DNA of 64,000 nucleotides from Sedimentisphaerales bacterium (GTDB lineage: Bacteria; Planctomycetota; Phycisphaerae; Sedimentisphaerales; SM23-30): NCBI GenBank assembly GCA_963663965.2, contig CAXXFK010000032.1, positions 1-64,000 of the forward strand. Reading direction: 5' to 3'. Position 1 is the first letter of the stretch; each line of letters begins with the position of its first letter. The translations under genes and the position numbers were made by a program. Shown one piece after another: positions 45,032 to 55,543 of this stretch. Under the pieces are notes generated by a model. That model did no database searches. It was not told the DNA's origin and saw only the letters and a list, made by a program, of their open reading frames with translations.

Positions 45032-45340
45032 TTAATAGGGAAACGGATTCGAATCATTCTCCGGATCATCCTCATCGTCATCCACCTTCCATTTCTCACT
45101 TTCGTTGATATCATCCATCTCCCGTTCCATATATTTAATCATCTTATCCTGAACCGGGGCCAGCCGCTCATTAAACTGAATCATGCGTTGATAAAGCTGC
45201 AGCAAGGCATCCAGACGCAACAACTGCATCTTCTCCAGGCAAGCCTCTTCTTTTATCGTACTGAATGGCTCACAGGATAATGTAATGCGGCCGGTTTTTT
45301 CATCCCGGTGGAAATATTCACAATCTTTACAATGTATCAC
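45032..45340 (-). CDS. Small hypothetical protein with four Cys (CxxC...C...C) and acidic tail
   Basis: GGAG RBS, GTG start, promoter upstream; same strand as the downstream PMM gene. Confidence 0.65.
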   Translation of the reverse strand: MIHCKDCEYFHRDEKTGRITLSCEPFSTIKEEACLEKMQLLRLDALLQLYQRMIQFNERLAPVQDKMIKYMEREMDDINESEKWKVDDDEDDPENDSNPFPY

Positions 45341-45360
45341 GGTTCGTCTCCAAAAGCCGC

Positions 45361-45389
45361 ATTCTAGACGAAATCAACTCCCATATCAA
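45361..45389 (-). promoter_or_regulatory. Sigma70-type promoter for the small gene + PMM
   Basis: Minus strand TTGATA-N17-TAGAAT. Confidence 0.55.
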
Positions 45390-45520
45390 GCAATGCTTTT
45401 CACTTATATCGCTTATCCAAACAGCCGACTATTTAAAAGATACTTTCCGTAATTCATCAACCAACCCCAGTAAAGTACAAAAACCCAAAATATCAAGACG
45501 AACAACATCGATCATACACC

Positions 45521-48500
45521 ATGAGAATTTTGAAAATGTCTATGCAACGCTTAACTTTCACGCTGATAATCTTACTCATCCTATCTCCTTTAACCGGTGC
45601 AGCTTATATCAATGTACCTGATGTTCTGCTCCAGTTGGCCAATCCGGATGAACCGCAGGAAGAATCCGTCGAATATTACGACTCCCGTTATGACCGGCTT
45701 AACCAGAAGATCATTAACCTGAGTTGCCATACCAGTTTATATCAATCAGCCGGTTCAGCCTGGTTTCAGATTGGTTTTCAATGGATCGATTCGGGCCGTC
45801 CGGGCCTGGCCTTTGCCGTCCAGATCAACCCCGATGGTCAGACCACGCTCTTACGGAATAATGAAGCGGTTTTCACCGAAAACCTGACCCTGACGAACAA
45901 AGATCTGCTGCAAATCGAGCTCGACCGGATCAATCGCACGGCCACAGCCAGCCTCAATGGACAGCCCATCGGCCCGACCGTAACCGCCATTGATATTGAC
46001 CATCAGTCCGATAAACCCAGACTTGTGCTGGCTGCCTGGAAAAGCGACGATTGCATTATTGCCAGTTTCAGTATTTCCTCGATCACCATCGACTACAAGG
46101 ATTACACCAGCGAAACCCTCTCACCCTATTCTCTCGATGTAATTCCTGCCACCCCCATGCGTAGCCGCCTCATTGAAAGTATCGGCGATGCCGCCGGCCA
46201 GGTGGCCATCATCGCCTCCGATGAATACCTCGACCTGCATAATGCCCTGAAACTGGCCGAACTCAACAACCCACCTCGTCAGGTATCCTTCGGACCCATC
46301 ATCGTCGCCGGCCAGGGCGCCCATCCCGACAACCACACCCTGGTACGGATCCTCGACCGGTACCAGGTCATCCACAACCAGTTTCTGGCCTATCCGCCCG
46401 AAGTGCGTGGCGGTGTTGATGTGGCGGTCGGTGAACTGGAAGGCAGCGGCTGGCAGATCGCTACGGTTCCCCTGCGCCCGGAAACAACCCACGAAATCCG
46501 ACTCTTCAACGAACTGGGCGGATTGATCCGCACCTTCAACCACAACAGTACCGACGCCCTCGCCCTCAAACTCGAAACCGGCCGTTTCCTCAATCAATCC
46601 AATTACGCCTGTATCGCGCTCCCGGCCGCCAATCCCACCCGCATCATCTTCTACGACAGCCTGGGCAACCAGCTCCGCGAAACTCCCCTGTCCGACTGGA
46701 CCGAAACCACACTGGCGCTTGCCCGCGTCGATGGCCCGGCCCGTGACCGACTGCTCGTATACAACATAACCCAGCAGCAGGTCGCCCTGCTCAATCCGGA
46801 TGGCACAGCCCAATTTTACCCATTCCCCGATACGGCCGCGATCACCCAACTCTCACCCGACGCGTTCAATCCCAACGCCATTCTCGCGTCCTTGCCCGAT
46901 GATACCTTTTCCCGCATCGACCGCTACACCCTCTCCGCAACCGACCTGGTCTATTCCGATCAGCTAAACATCGGTGAACGCGAAAACACCTTCTGGTTCC
47001 TGCAGGGCTGCTGCCCCCTGAATAATGGCGATGGCAACTACGTCAAACAGGGCCTCTATCGCCACCTGCGCGTCGATCACGCCGACTATCTCGATCAGGT
47101 CAGCGCCTACGACACCGACCCGGCCGCACTCTGGGAACCGACTTACTCGCACCGCGAATTCCCTGACATCGGTGTCAGTCCCGGCAATTTCAAAGACATC
47201 GCCGGCGACATCACCGGCCAGACCGGGCGCCCCGTGGTCAATTACCTCGATACTGGCCTGCCCCGTTATTACATGCTCGGCCGCTACAACCACACCGAGA
47301 CCATTACCGATGTTGACAGCCAGTTCCTGTCCAAAACCTACGCCCTGAACGATCCCAATCTCGACACCAACCTGAACCACAACCTCACCATTAACCTCAG
47401 CGAACTGGCCGCCCGTCACCGCGCCAATCCCGAACATTTTGTCGGGGTCGAACCCAACCACGAATTCAAAATCCCCAATGGTCTGGCCGACAACAATTAC
47501 GGCGACTACAACCCGCTCATGATCATCGGGTTCCACACCTGGCTCATTGGCCTCTATGGCGATATGACCGCCATCAACGCCCGTTTCGATACCCCCTTTA
47601 CCACCCGGTTCGATGCCCCGCGCAACCTCAACCGCGGCCCCTGGGACAGCTACGACGTCGATAATCCTTTCTTTATGGCCTGGCTCGCTTACAATCGCTA
47701 CGTCATCAATCGCCGCATCGCCGACACCTGCGCCACCGCCCTGGCCCTGGGCTTCGCCCCCGAAACCATCACCACCCACCAGATCCCCGATAATTTCACC
47801 TTCCGCAACCACGATATCGACCCGGTCAATCCCCTGCCCGATCAGTATCGCATCACGCCGGTCGATTTCGCCGCCGCCAGTGAAACCAATTTCGGTATCA
47901 CCCGCTACGGCAATGTCTTCAACCGCGTCACCAATATCTTCCAGGCCGCCTATACCAGCGGCTACCACCAATGGGGCCTGGGTGAATATTCCCTGTTCGA
48001 CGGATCCGCCACCGATCATTATCAACAGCTCCAATACCTGCTCGATCACGGCCTGTTCTTCGCCCACATGATGGCCTTCGATACCGAGGACCAGATCTCC
48101 GCCATGCAGATGCTCCGCGCTGAAAATGCCCCGCGCCGCGGGTCCGCCGGCGGCGTCGGCCAGCTGCGACCCTGCGCCCTCGGAGATCAAACCTGCAACA
48201 TCGCCCGGATCGGCGCCGATTCCTCATTTGTCGGACTGCTCAAAAGCCTCGACGCCAATGGCGACTGGGATGGTGTCGTCTATTGCGTGCCGTTCCGCAG
48301 CCAGATCGATATCCAGACCATCGATAGTCCCGCCGCCTTAACGCTCACCGATCCTGTCACCTTCGAAGCCGGCCGCCTCGAAGCCGGCTCGCAATACGAA
48401 CTGTCCTTCACCGCCTCTGCCGCCGCCGCCACCCTGCTCACCATCGCCGTCGAACACGATGGCGTCATGCCCGCCGATATGCAGGCCCCCTTCACCGTCA

Positions 48501-48922
48501 ACGCTCAACCGCGCCATTACCGTTTCATCCTGCGCGGCCAGCTTGCCCTCGATCATATCAAACTCCACCTGACCGCCGATTCACCCACCGAGTTGAGCGA
48601 CCTCCTGCTCACCCGCCAGCAAAGCCTCACTTTCAGCCTGGCCGAAGAACGCCTCAGCGGCCAGCCCCATCCCGGCGGCTTCGAATACGATATCGTCATC
48701 CCACACCCCACCTGCCAGAACCTGCTCGACTCCGGCCAGACCCTCCCCATGGACCTCTCCGGCCCCGCCGGCCACCCCGACTGCCGCGTCGATCTCTACG
48801 ACCTGGCCCTCCTCTCCGCCCAATGGCAGCAATCCACCCCAACCGCCACCATGGACATCCCCGCCCTCATCCAGATGACCACCACCTGGCTCACCACCAA
48901 CGACCCGGCTTATCCCTATTAA
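45521..48922 (+). CDS. Secreted putative glycoside hydrolase (GH42/clan-A-like) with FG-GAP-like region and dockerin-like C-terminus
   Basis: Signal peptide; FLAYPPEVRGGVDVAVG repeat-type motif; VEPNHE, DYNP..IIGFHTWL...YGDMTAINARF and WGLGEY resemble GH42-type TIM barrels; DLSGPAGHPDCRVDLYDLALLSAQW. Confidence 0.6.
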   Translation: MRILKMSMQRLTFTLIILLILSPLTGAAYINVPDVLLQLANPDEPQEESVEYYDSRYDRLNQKIINLSCHTSLYQSAGSAWFQIGFQWIDSGRPGLAFAVQINPDGQTTLLRNNEAVFTENLTLTNKDLLQIELDRINRTATASLNGQPIGPTVTAIDIDHQSDKPRLVLAAWKSDDCIIASFSISSITIDYKDYTSETLSPYSLDVIPATPMRSRLIESIGDAAGQVAIIASDEYLDLHNALKLAELNNPPRQVSFGPIIVAGQGAHPDNHTLVRILDRYQVIHNQFLAYPPEVRGGVDVAVGELEGSGWQIATVPLRPETTHEIRLFNELGGLIRTFNHNSTDALALKLETGRFLNQSNYACIALPAANPTRIIFYDSLGNQLRETPLSDWTETTLALARVDGPARDRLLVYNITQQQVALLNPDGTAQFYPFPDTAAITQLSPDAFNPNAILASLPDDTFSRIDRYTLSATDLVYSDQLNIGERENTFWFLQGCCPLNNGDGNYVKQGLYRHLRVDHADYLDQVSAYDTDPAALWEPTYSHREFPDIGVSPGNFKDIAGDITGQTGRPVVNYLDTGLPRYYMLGRYNHTETITDVDSQFLSKTYALNDPNLDTNLNHNLTINLSELAARHRANPEHFVGVEPNHEFKIPNGLADNNYGDYNPLMIIGFHTWLIGLYGDMTAINARFDTPFTTRFDAPRNLNRGPWDSYDVDNPFFMAWLAYNRYVINRRIADTCATALALGFAPETITTHQIPDNFTFRNHDIDPVNPLPDQYRITPVDFAAASETNFGITRYGNVFNRVTNIFQAAYTSGYHQWGLGEYSLFDGSATDHYQQLQYLLDHGLFFAHMMAFDTEDQISAMQMLRAENAPRRGSAGGVGQLRPCALGDQTCNIARIGADSSFVGLLKSLDANGDWDGVVYCVPFRSQIDIQTIDSPAALTLTDPVTFEAGRLEAGSQYELSFTASAAAATLLTIAVEHDGVMPADMQAPFTVNAQPRHYRFILRGQLALDHIKLHLTADSPTELSDLLLTRQQSLTFSLAEERLSGQPHPGGFEYDIVIPHPTCQNLLDSGQTLPMDLSGPAGHPDCRVDLYDLALLSAQWQQSTPTATMDIPALIQMTTTWLTTNDPAYPY

Positions 48923-48971
48923 CCCGGTATCCGCCGGCCATCCTTACCTCAGTCAATTTTCATAAGCGAAG

Positions 48972-51900
48972 TCAATCCCCCATCTGCGCCAATCCTATTA
49001 TTTCCGCCTCAGTCAATACCCGCCGATAAATCCGCAAATCATCGATCGCTCCGCCAAACGCCTTGCCACCCCCATCTCGATCCCCGATCGTCACCGGAAT
49101 CGTCGTATCCATCACCCGATCCCCACTCAAAGCCGACTGCTGCACCGTCTCCACCTCCACTCCATCCACATAGACATGAACCTTCCGGTCCCCAAAATCA
49201 TCATACATCATCGCCACATGAGTCCATCGCCCAACCTCCGGTGTAAATTCCGTCTCCGTCAACGCATAGACATCACTTCCACCGACAAACCCCGTCAAAT
49301 GCCCACCATGCGCTCCCCACAACTGAAAACTCCACACATGACTCGACAAATCACGCTGGCCAATCATATGCATGGTATTGGTGAACGAGACTTCATCCGC
49401 TTTGACCCACATCGCGACTGCCATATGCGGAATTGATACAACCGCGGAATCAGTTCCGCAATCAACATAATCATCCAGACCATCTAAAACCAAAGCGCCG
49501 GCGCCAATATGTGCTTGATCCCCATCAATGGTGGCCCCATTGATAAGGCTGCCATGATATCCTTCCTGCTGATCATCGCCATTGCTATCAAAAGGATAAT
49601 ATCCTACCAACGGGTCGATATCCAACCATTCACCTCCCTCAAGCCAGTTGTTCGCCAGATGAATCAAAGAATCCATCTCCACTATTCCGTTACCAGGATC
49701 CAGACTATGATAAGAGCGCCACGGATACTCACACAGCCAGTTCTCGGATATGGCCGCAAAATCAATAAAATCCACCCCATAACTGCCCGCAAAATCACCG
49801 GGAATATCCTTCTGCCACCATAACATCGGATAGCCCTCATCCTGATAAGGCATATGCCAGATATCTTGAATGCCATTCCCACTTTCATTAACAAAATCCC
49901 AATTATAACTTAAATAAAGATACTGATCGTAAAGACTTCCCGTTGGCCATCCCTTTATTCCTGATGGAACCTCACCACTTCCAACTGAAGTGCACCCTTG
50001 GCATTTGTCTTTATCCCAGAAACAACCATAAATGAAAGCCCCTTTGTTAATCCCGCAAAATCCTCCCGACTCGGAGGCAGTCTCACTGATAGACACCATC
50101 GATAGGTTGTTTAAGAGTTCTCCTCCATTGCTGTTTTCTCCAATGAAACCACCGAGGGTTGAACTGCCAGTGACCTGACCTTCCGCCTTACAATTATGAA
50201 CCATATAACTGTTAATCCCGATAAAACCTCCGGCATTAGAATGGCTTTCCACTAGCGCATTGGTATAGCAGCCGTATACTCGACTGTCATTTTGCCCCAT
50301 CAGCCCCCCCGTCGAGAACCCTCCCACAACATGCCCCTCGAATGAACAAGAATCAATTCTTGAACCGAATTCAGCATTGCCAATCAAACCGCCCACACTA
50401 GACTGCCCTTTTACATAACCGTCAACATGACAATTATAAACTTCACAATCATATTTCAATGACCCGACCAATCCCCCAACTTGATAAGCATAAATAGCAT
50501 CGATGTAAATATTCTCAACACGTAAATTGCTGATCACACCGGCTCCGGATTCTCCAAAAATTCCAGTGTTCAGGGTATAATCTGTTACAAGGGTATAATT
50601 GAAAATCGTATAATTCCGGCCATCAAAATTCCCTTTAAATAAGACCTCACTGTTTCCAATCGGTATTGCCGCCTTACCTGACCAGGTATTCATATCAATA
50701 TCGTTCGTCAGGACAAAATATCTCATCCAATCCTCCGGATGATATCCAATTTCAATCATTTGCTCCGCGGTGCTTATCAAATACGGACTGCGGTAACTTC
50801 CCATCCCACCGCCATAAACGCAATATTGGGGACCAACTCCTCTTAATCGTGCATAGTCCCGGCCCTCCTGGATCACCCAAATAGTATTAAAGTCAAACTC
50901 GCAGTCCAGATAGGTTGACTGGGTCTGCATTTCCGCCGTTGAACATTCTTCGGGCCAGGACAGGGTGTTACCGGTTCCATCCTCACTCCCAACATCCAAA
51001 GCCTGATTCGCCGTATCGATGTCCCATAAGATATGTTGGCCTCGAGATCCATCGCCTTGAAATCCGCCCGTAAAGACTCCGCTGCCGCTGACCGCTCCGC
51101 AGCAATAACACTGCGTCAATACATCTGACATATTATAAGACCGGTATCCCGTAAATCCTCCAACATAAGTATCTCCGCAAACGGCGCCCGAAGCATAACA
51201 ATTGGTTATCCGGCCAGATTGGATTGAACCAATCAATCCACCAACATAATGGATACCATTAACCTCCCCTGTCGCACAACATTTATCCACAATGGAACCA
51301 TTAATGCTACCAACCAAACCCCCGATATAATCACCGGTACCCTCAACCTGGCAAAGTGAATAACACTCCAGTAGATTTTGATTCCCGGTGCATGCACCGG
51401 CCACTCCCCCGACTAAACGTTCCCCCGTAATAATACCCGATGAACCACATCGCTCTAACTGACCGGTACTTTGCCCGGCTATACCACCACAATATTGAAT
51501 TCCAGTCAAATGCCCAAGGTAGCTGCTATCGGTAATGGCGCTGCTTAGACCGGCAATCCCTCCCACATAGGTATTCCCGACAATATCAGCGTCAACATGA
51601 TTATTGACAATCTGTTTTTTATTTTCACCGGCCACACCGCCGACATAATGAAAACCATCCAGTCTCCCACTAAATGAACTATCCAGTATTCTTCCCCATG
51701 AAAATCCGGCAAGGCCTCCAAGAAAACTTCTGGCCTTCAACATCCCATCCACCCGGCAGTTTTGAATCTTTCCAAGGTTATAGCCGGCTATCGCCCCCAC
51801 ATAGCGATTCGATTCCAGATCAATATCGACTTGCTTCATTATTAAATCGTATATATTACTCTGATCACCCAGATAAGCAAAAAGACCGACATATTCTTTA

Positions 51901-54900
51901 CCATTACCCTTCCAGGTAAAATTTTGAACGACATGATGATTACCATACAATGTTCCCTGAAATGGAACATAGGGTTCTTTGCCATTGCTGAAACCGATTT
52001 GGTTATATTGCCCATCAGACAAATTGGCCAGATCGATGTCTTGCATTAATTTAAAACAACTCTCCCAATGATCCCGAATCAAGCCAATCGTATTAAACTG
52101 ATCAACCGTATAGATCAGAAACGGATCGTCATAGGTACCAATGCCACCGCCATAATTATACCCCGCGGCCAGACTGATCGGCTGACTCCAATTATTGTCA
52201 CGATTAACCTCATCCTCCCAGTTTTCAACTACGGTTGAAACTCTATAGAAATAAATCCCCGGATCCATGGGCGCCTGAATAGTCAGTTCAACTTCCTGAT
52301 ACTCTCCTGCTTTTAATTGGTCCAGATAATGTTCAGCCACGACAGCCTCTTCCCCCAGCTCCTCCCAATCCACATCGGCTGAACTGGTCAGGTATATCCG
52401 GGTAGTAATATGGCTTGCCGTTCCATTAGCGAATGTATTGCTGACATTCTTAACAATGAAACGAATAACCGTTTCTTCACCGGCTATGACTGCCTTCCCG
52501 ATCGGTCCCACATCTTCAAGTCTGATATCCACAATATCACGATAGTCTGGCAAACCGCTATCCGGATCGATTCGCCAGATAGATTCAAAGTCCCAGCCCA
52601 GCTGCTCGTAAAATTCTTTTTGCCCCATCTGTGCTGTAGTCAAACCCAATACCCCTACTGGCTGGCTGGCTGAATCACCCAATCCTTCAGTCAGGCCCGA
52701 TGCCTCAATATCCCAGACCGAGAAAGTAACTCCTTCACCACCTCCCACCAAACCACCAACCATATCAGTCCCGATCACTTTACCGCTGGCATAACAATGC
52801 CGGACGAATCCAATACCCAAATTATTTATGTAACCAATCAAACCACCGACCTGTACCCCTCCAGCCACATCACATCTGGCGTAACTTTCTTCAATTATAC
52901 TGTCTCTTCCTAAACTTGAAACGAGTCCGCCAATATAATATTTCCCACTGACAGAACCTTCGGCGTAACAGTAACCGATCTCTCCAACGTTATATCCCAC
53001 CAGCCCGCCGGCCTGTGTATCCGTTTCGATATCCACTTCCGCATAACAATGAAACAATTTGCCATCATTTTGGCCGACCAATCCCCCGCATGAGTAATAA
53101 TGACTGGTCTCATCATATGCAATGACCAGATTGCTGTGACTGAAACAGATCATACCGAACTTGTAGTTTATACCAACCAATCCACCCACAACTGATCCAT
53201 ACAAAATCACCGGTTCGGCGCTGCAATCCATAATATATCCCTGGTTCCCACCCACCAGTCCACCAACCTGACAATCCGAATCTAAGGTAGATCTATTTTC
53301 TATTAACGCCTGTGAATGACTCCGATAAATTTCCCCGTGATTCCGGCCTACCAGACCTCCGATACAGGAATCCCACTCGTAATAAGTCGTCTTAATTCGA
53401 CTGTCGCACTGGCAACTATCTAAAATGCCATAATTTTCCCCGGCTATCCCTCCTACCTCACCAACCTTGCCTTTCGACAAATAGCCGGTACTAATGCAGT
53501 TTTGAATAATGCCATAATTGATGGCAGCGATTCCCCCAACCGTATTATTATAATCATCGCAGAAGTTATCACTATCATAAAAATGATTATTTATGGAACA
53601 TTCCCTGATTTCTCCATAGTTGACTAGCGTCATTCCCCCATAGCTATAACAAGAACGCCCGCTATAATTAAAGTGGCCGTTAACTTTTAAATTCAGGTTC
53701 TTGACAATCCCATTTTCTCCAATAAATCCAAATAAAGATTTAGCATCCAAATTATAATTGATCAGATGCCCCAATCCATTCAATATTCCTTCAAACTTGA
53801 TCCAGTCAGGATTATACGGCGATTCTGGATCTCCAATTTCATAAACATCATTACTGTCTACTAATGCTTCCAAGATATCCAAATCACTCAATAACACGAT
53901 ATACTCATGCCATAATTCCGGCTTATGCGTCAATGCCACAAAATCACCGATCGTATTGATGCAATGAGCCCTGCAGGAGATCCCCTGACCCCCTTGAAAT
54001 TCTTCACCAACGGCGAGGACGATGATTTCACTCCAATTATCATCCGCCAGATACTCCGGTTCCCCGGAACCGGCCTTCGCTTTCATACGGATATAATATA
54101 CTCCCTCCTCTGATGGTGTCGTCATGACAATTTCGCCTGAATATTGGGTGCACGACTCTAACGCTTCAACATACACGGTATCAACAATGTTGAAGTCTCC
54201 CTCTGGCGCTTCCCAATCGACTCCGGCATTGGTTGACATCAATACATCAATGGATACCGGCATGCTGGAAGCCGCTTCGCCATTTAACAGGCCGTTGTTC
54301 GAAACGCAATATTCGAGCACGAGTGACTCATTCGGCCCTTTTTCGAAATAATTCTCCTGACCATATTCCGCACTCAGATTGGCAACTTCCGGACCGACCC
54401 CCAACAATACCGGATAACTCATGCCATCACAGATCGTCCATATTGAAAAATCCCAACCGGCATCAAGATACATTTGGGAATTTTTTAGTTCATCGGAACT
54501 CATCCCATATAAGCCATCTGCTACATCGTAGTCACCAATACCAGGCATATAATGATTAATATCATTATTCCAGAAACAGGCGCTTAATTGTCCTCGAAAT
54601 GTTGAACCGGAAAAACTACCCGACGCTCCTCCACCCGATACTTTGGCCTGCGTATAACAATTAGTAATGTCGCCTCCATTAATACCCGTAATACCTCCAA
54701 GATAATAATATGCCTTTACGTCTCCACTTATCTGACCGTTACTGTAACAATTGAAAATAGTCTGCCCATTACGTCCCGTTAATCCTCCAGCATAACCAGA
54801 ACCTTCAACTGAAATAATACATTGGCTGCAACTTTCTTCTATATGTCCAATATTATGACCAGCCATGCCCCCGATATAATAATAAAAGGAAGACGTTCCA

Positions 54901-55445
54901 GATGAAATATAGAACTTACCCTGGATGTCTCCTTCTACATAACATTGACTCAAAATCCCTTCATTTCTACCAACTAACCCCCCAGCCCAGGTAAAATGTC
55001 GAGTACCAGCATATTCAACATACATTTTCAAATTAGTAACATTCAGATGCTTGATATGACCACTGATGCCCAGGTTTCCAAATATTCCAAAATATTTATA
55101 ACTCATATCATTTAAATCTGCGATATTGAGTAGTGTGAAATTGTCTATTGTATGACCACCACCATCAAATACTCCAGAAAATGCCTTATATTGTTCTGGT
55201 GCTATCACCGCCTTATCAAACTCATACCCCGCCAGATCAATATCCGCCGTCATGATGAAATACTTATCATAATCCCCCGTATTCTGCCCGAGCGAAGTCA
55301 AATCCCCCGCCGTCGCAATCTGAAAAGGATCCACCTCCGTCCCCGCTCCCCCTGAATACTGCCCTAAAGACATCCCGGCCAGCAACGCAACCATCATCCC
55401 AACCAATCCCACCCGGACATTTACTCTTTTACCAGCCATCTTCAA
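48972..55445 (-). CDS. Large secreted GLUG-motif protein (four modules) with CARDB-like linkers, dockerin-like motif and C-terminal LamG
   Basis: Many VGGLVG.N.G.I..C motifs; four YGGG.G-type module starts; WTHVAMMY...VYVDG...GAIDDLRIY LamG. Confidence 0.85.
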   Translation of the reverse strand: MKMAGKRVNVRVGLVGMMVALLAGMSLGQYSGGAGTEVDPFQIATAGDLTSLGQNTGDYDKYFIMTADIDLAGYEFDKAVIAPEQYKAFSGVFDGGGHTIDNFTLLNIADLNDMSYKYFGIFGNLGISGHIKHLNVTNLKMYVEYAGTRHFTWAGGLVGRNEGILSQCYVEGDIQGKFYISSGTSSFYYYIGGMAGHNIGHIEESCSQCIISVEGSGYAGGLTGRNGQTIFNCYSNGQISGDVKAYYYLGGITGINGGDITNCYTQAKVSGGGASGSFSGSTFRGQLSACFWNNDINHYMPGIGDYDVADGLYGMSSDELKNSQMYLDAGWDFSIWTICDGMSYPVLLGVGPEVANLSAEYGQENYFEKGPNESLVLEYCVSNNGLLNGEAASSMPVSIDVLMSTNAGVDWEAPEGDFNIVDTVYVEALESCTQYSGEIVMTTPSEEGVYYIRMKAKAGSGEPEYLADDNWSEIIVLAVGEEFQGGQGISCRAHCINTIGDFVALTHKPELWHEYIVLLSDLDILEALVDSNDVYEIGDPESPYNPDWIKFEGILNGLGHLINYNLDAKSLFGFIGENGIVKNLNLKVNGHFNYSGRSCYSYGGMTLVNYGEIRECSINNHFYDSDNFCDDYNNTVGGIAAINYGIIQNCISTGYLSKGKVGEVGGIAGENYGILDSCQCDSRIKTTYYEWDSCIGGLVGRNHGEIYRSHSQALIENRSTLDSDCQVGGLVGGNQGYIMDCSAEPVILYGSVVGGLVGINYKFGMICFSHSNLVIAYDETSHYYSCGGLVGQNDGKLFHCYAEVDIETDTQAGGLVGYNVGEIGYCYAEGSVSGKYYIGGLVSSLGRDSIIEESYARCDVAGGVQVGGLIGYINNLGIGFVRHCYASGKVIGTDMVGGLVGGGEGVTFSVWDIEASGLTEGLGDSASQPVGVLGLTTAQMGQKEFYEQLGWDFESIWRIDPDSGLPDYRDIVDIRLEDVGPIGKAVIAGEETVIRFIVKNVSNTFANGTASHITTRIYLTSSADVDWEELGEEAVVAEHYLDQLKAGEYQEVELTIQAPMDPGIYFYRVSTVVENWEDEVNRDNNWSQPISLAAGYNYGGGIGTYDDPFLIYTVDQFNTIGLIRDHWESCFKLMQDIDLANLSDGQYNQIGFSNGKEPYVPFQGTLYGNHHVVQNFTWKGNGKEYVGLFAYLGDQSNIYDLIMKQVDIDLESNRYVGAIAGYNLGKIQNCRVDGMLKARSFLGGLAGFSWGRILDSSFSGRLDGFHYVGGVAGENKKQIVNNHVDADIVGNTYVGGIAGLSSAITDSSYLGHLTGIQYCGGIAGQSTGQLERCGSSGIITGERLVGGVAGACTGNQNLLECYSLCQVEGTGDYIGGLVGSINGSIVDKCCATGEVNGIHYVGGLIGSIQSGRITNCYASGAVCGDTYVGGFTGYRSYNMSDVLTQCYCCGAVSGSGVFTGGFQGDGSRGQHILWDIDTANQALDVGSEDGTGNTLSWPEECSTAEMQTQSTYLDCEFDFNTIWVIQEGRDYARLRGVGPQYCVYGGGMGSYRSPYLISTAEQMIEIGYHPEDWMRYFVLTNDIDMNTWSGKAAIPIGNSEVLFKGNFDGRNYTIFNYTLVTDYTLNTGIFGESGAGVISNLRVENIYIDAIYAYQVGGLVGSLKYDCEVYNCHVDGYVKGQSSVGGLIGNAEFGSRIDSCSFEGHVVGGFSTGGLMGQNDSRVYGCYTNALVESHSNAGGFIGINSYMVHNCKAEGQVTGSSTLGGFIGENSNGGELLNNLSMVSISETASESGGFCGINKGAFIYGCFWDKDKCQGCTSVGSGEVPSGIKGWPTGSLYDQYLYLSYNWDFVNESGNGIQDIWHMPYQDEGYPMLWWQKDIPGDFAGSYGVDFIDFAAISENWLCEYPWRSYHSLDPGNGIVEMDSLIHLANNWLEGGEWLDIDPLVGYYPFDSNGDDQQEGYHGSLINGATIDGDQAHIGAGALVLDGLDDYVDCGTDSAVVSIPHMAVAMWVKADEVSFTNTMHMIGQRDLSSHVWSFQLWGAHGGHLTGFVGGSDVYALTETEFTPEVGRWTHVAMMYDDFGDRKVHVYVDGVEVETVQQSALSGDRVMDTTIPVTIGDRDGGGKAFGGAIDDLRIYRRVLTEAEIIGLAQMGD

Positions 55446-55543
55446 ACTCCTGTAATGTTTTCCTTTTCTATCTTAGATAATCGAAACGCTTAAATCTTCT
55501 TCGAAAACCTTGGCAACAAAAACCAGCCATCCAGGCCGTTAAC

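Noticed and set aside
46121..48190. Long minus-strand ORFs (242 and 408 aa), similar to 40822-41832
   Set aside because: Shadows caused by C-ending codon bias of the + strand genes; no recognisable domains
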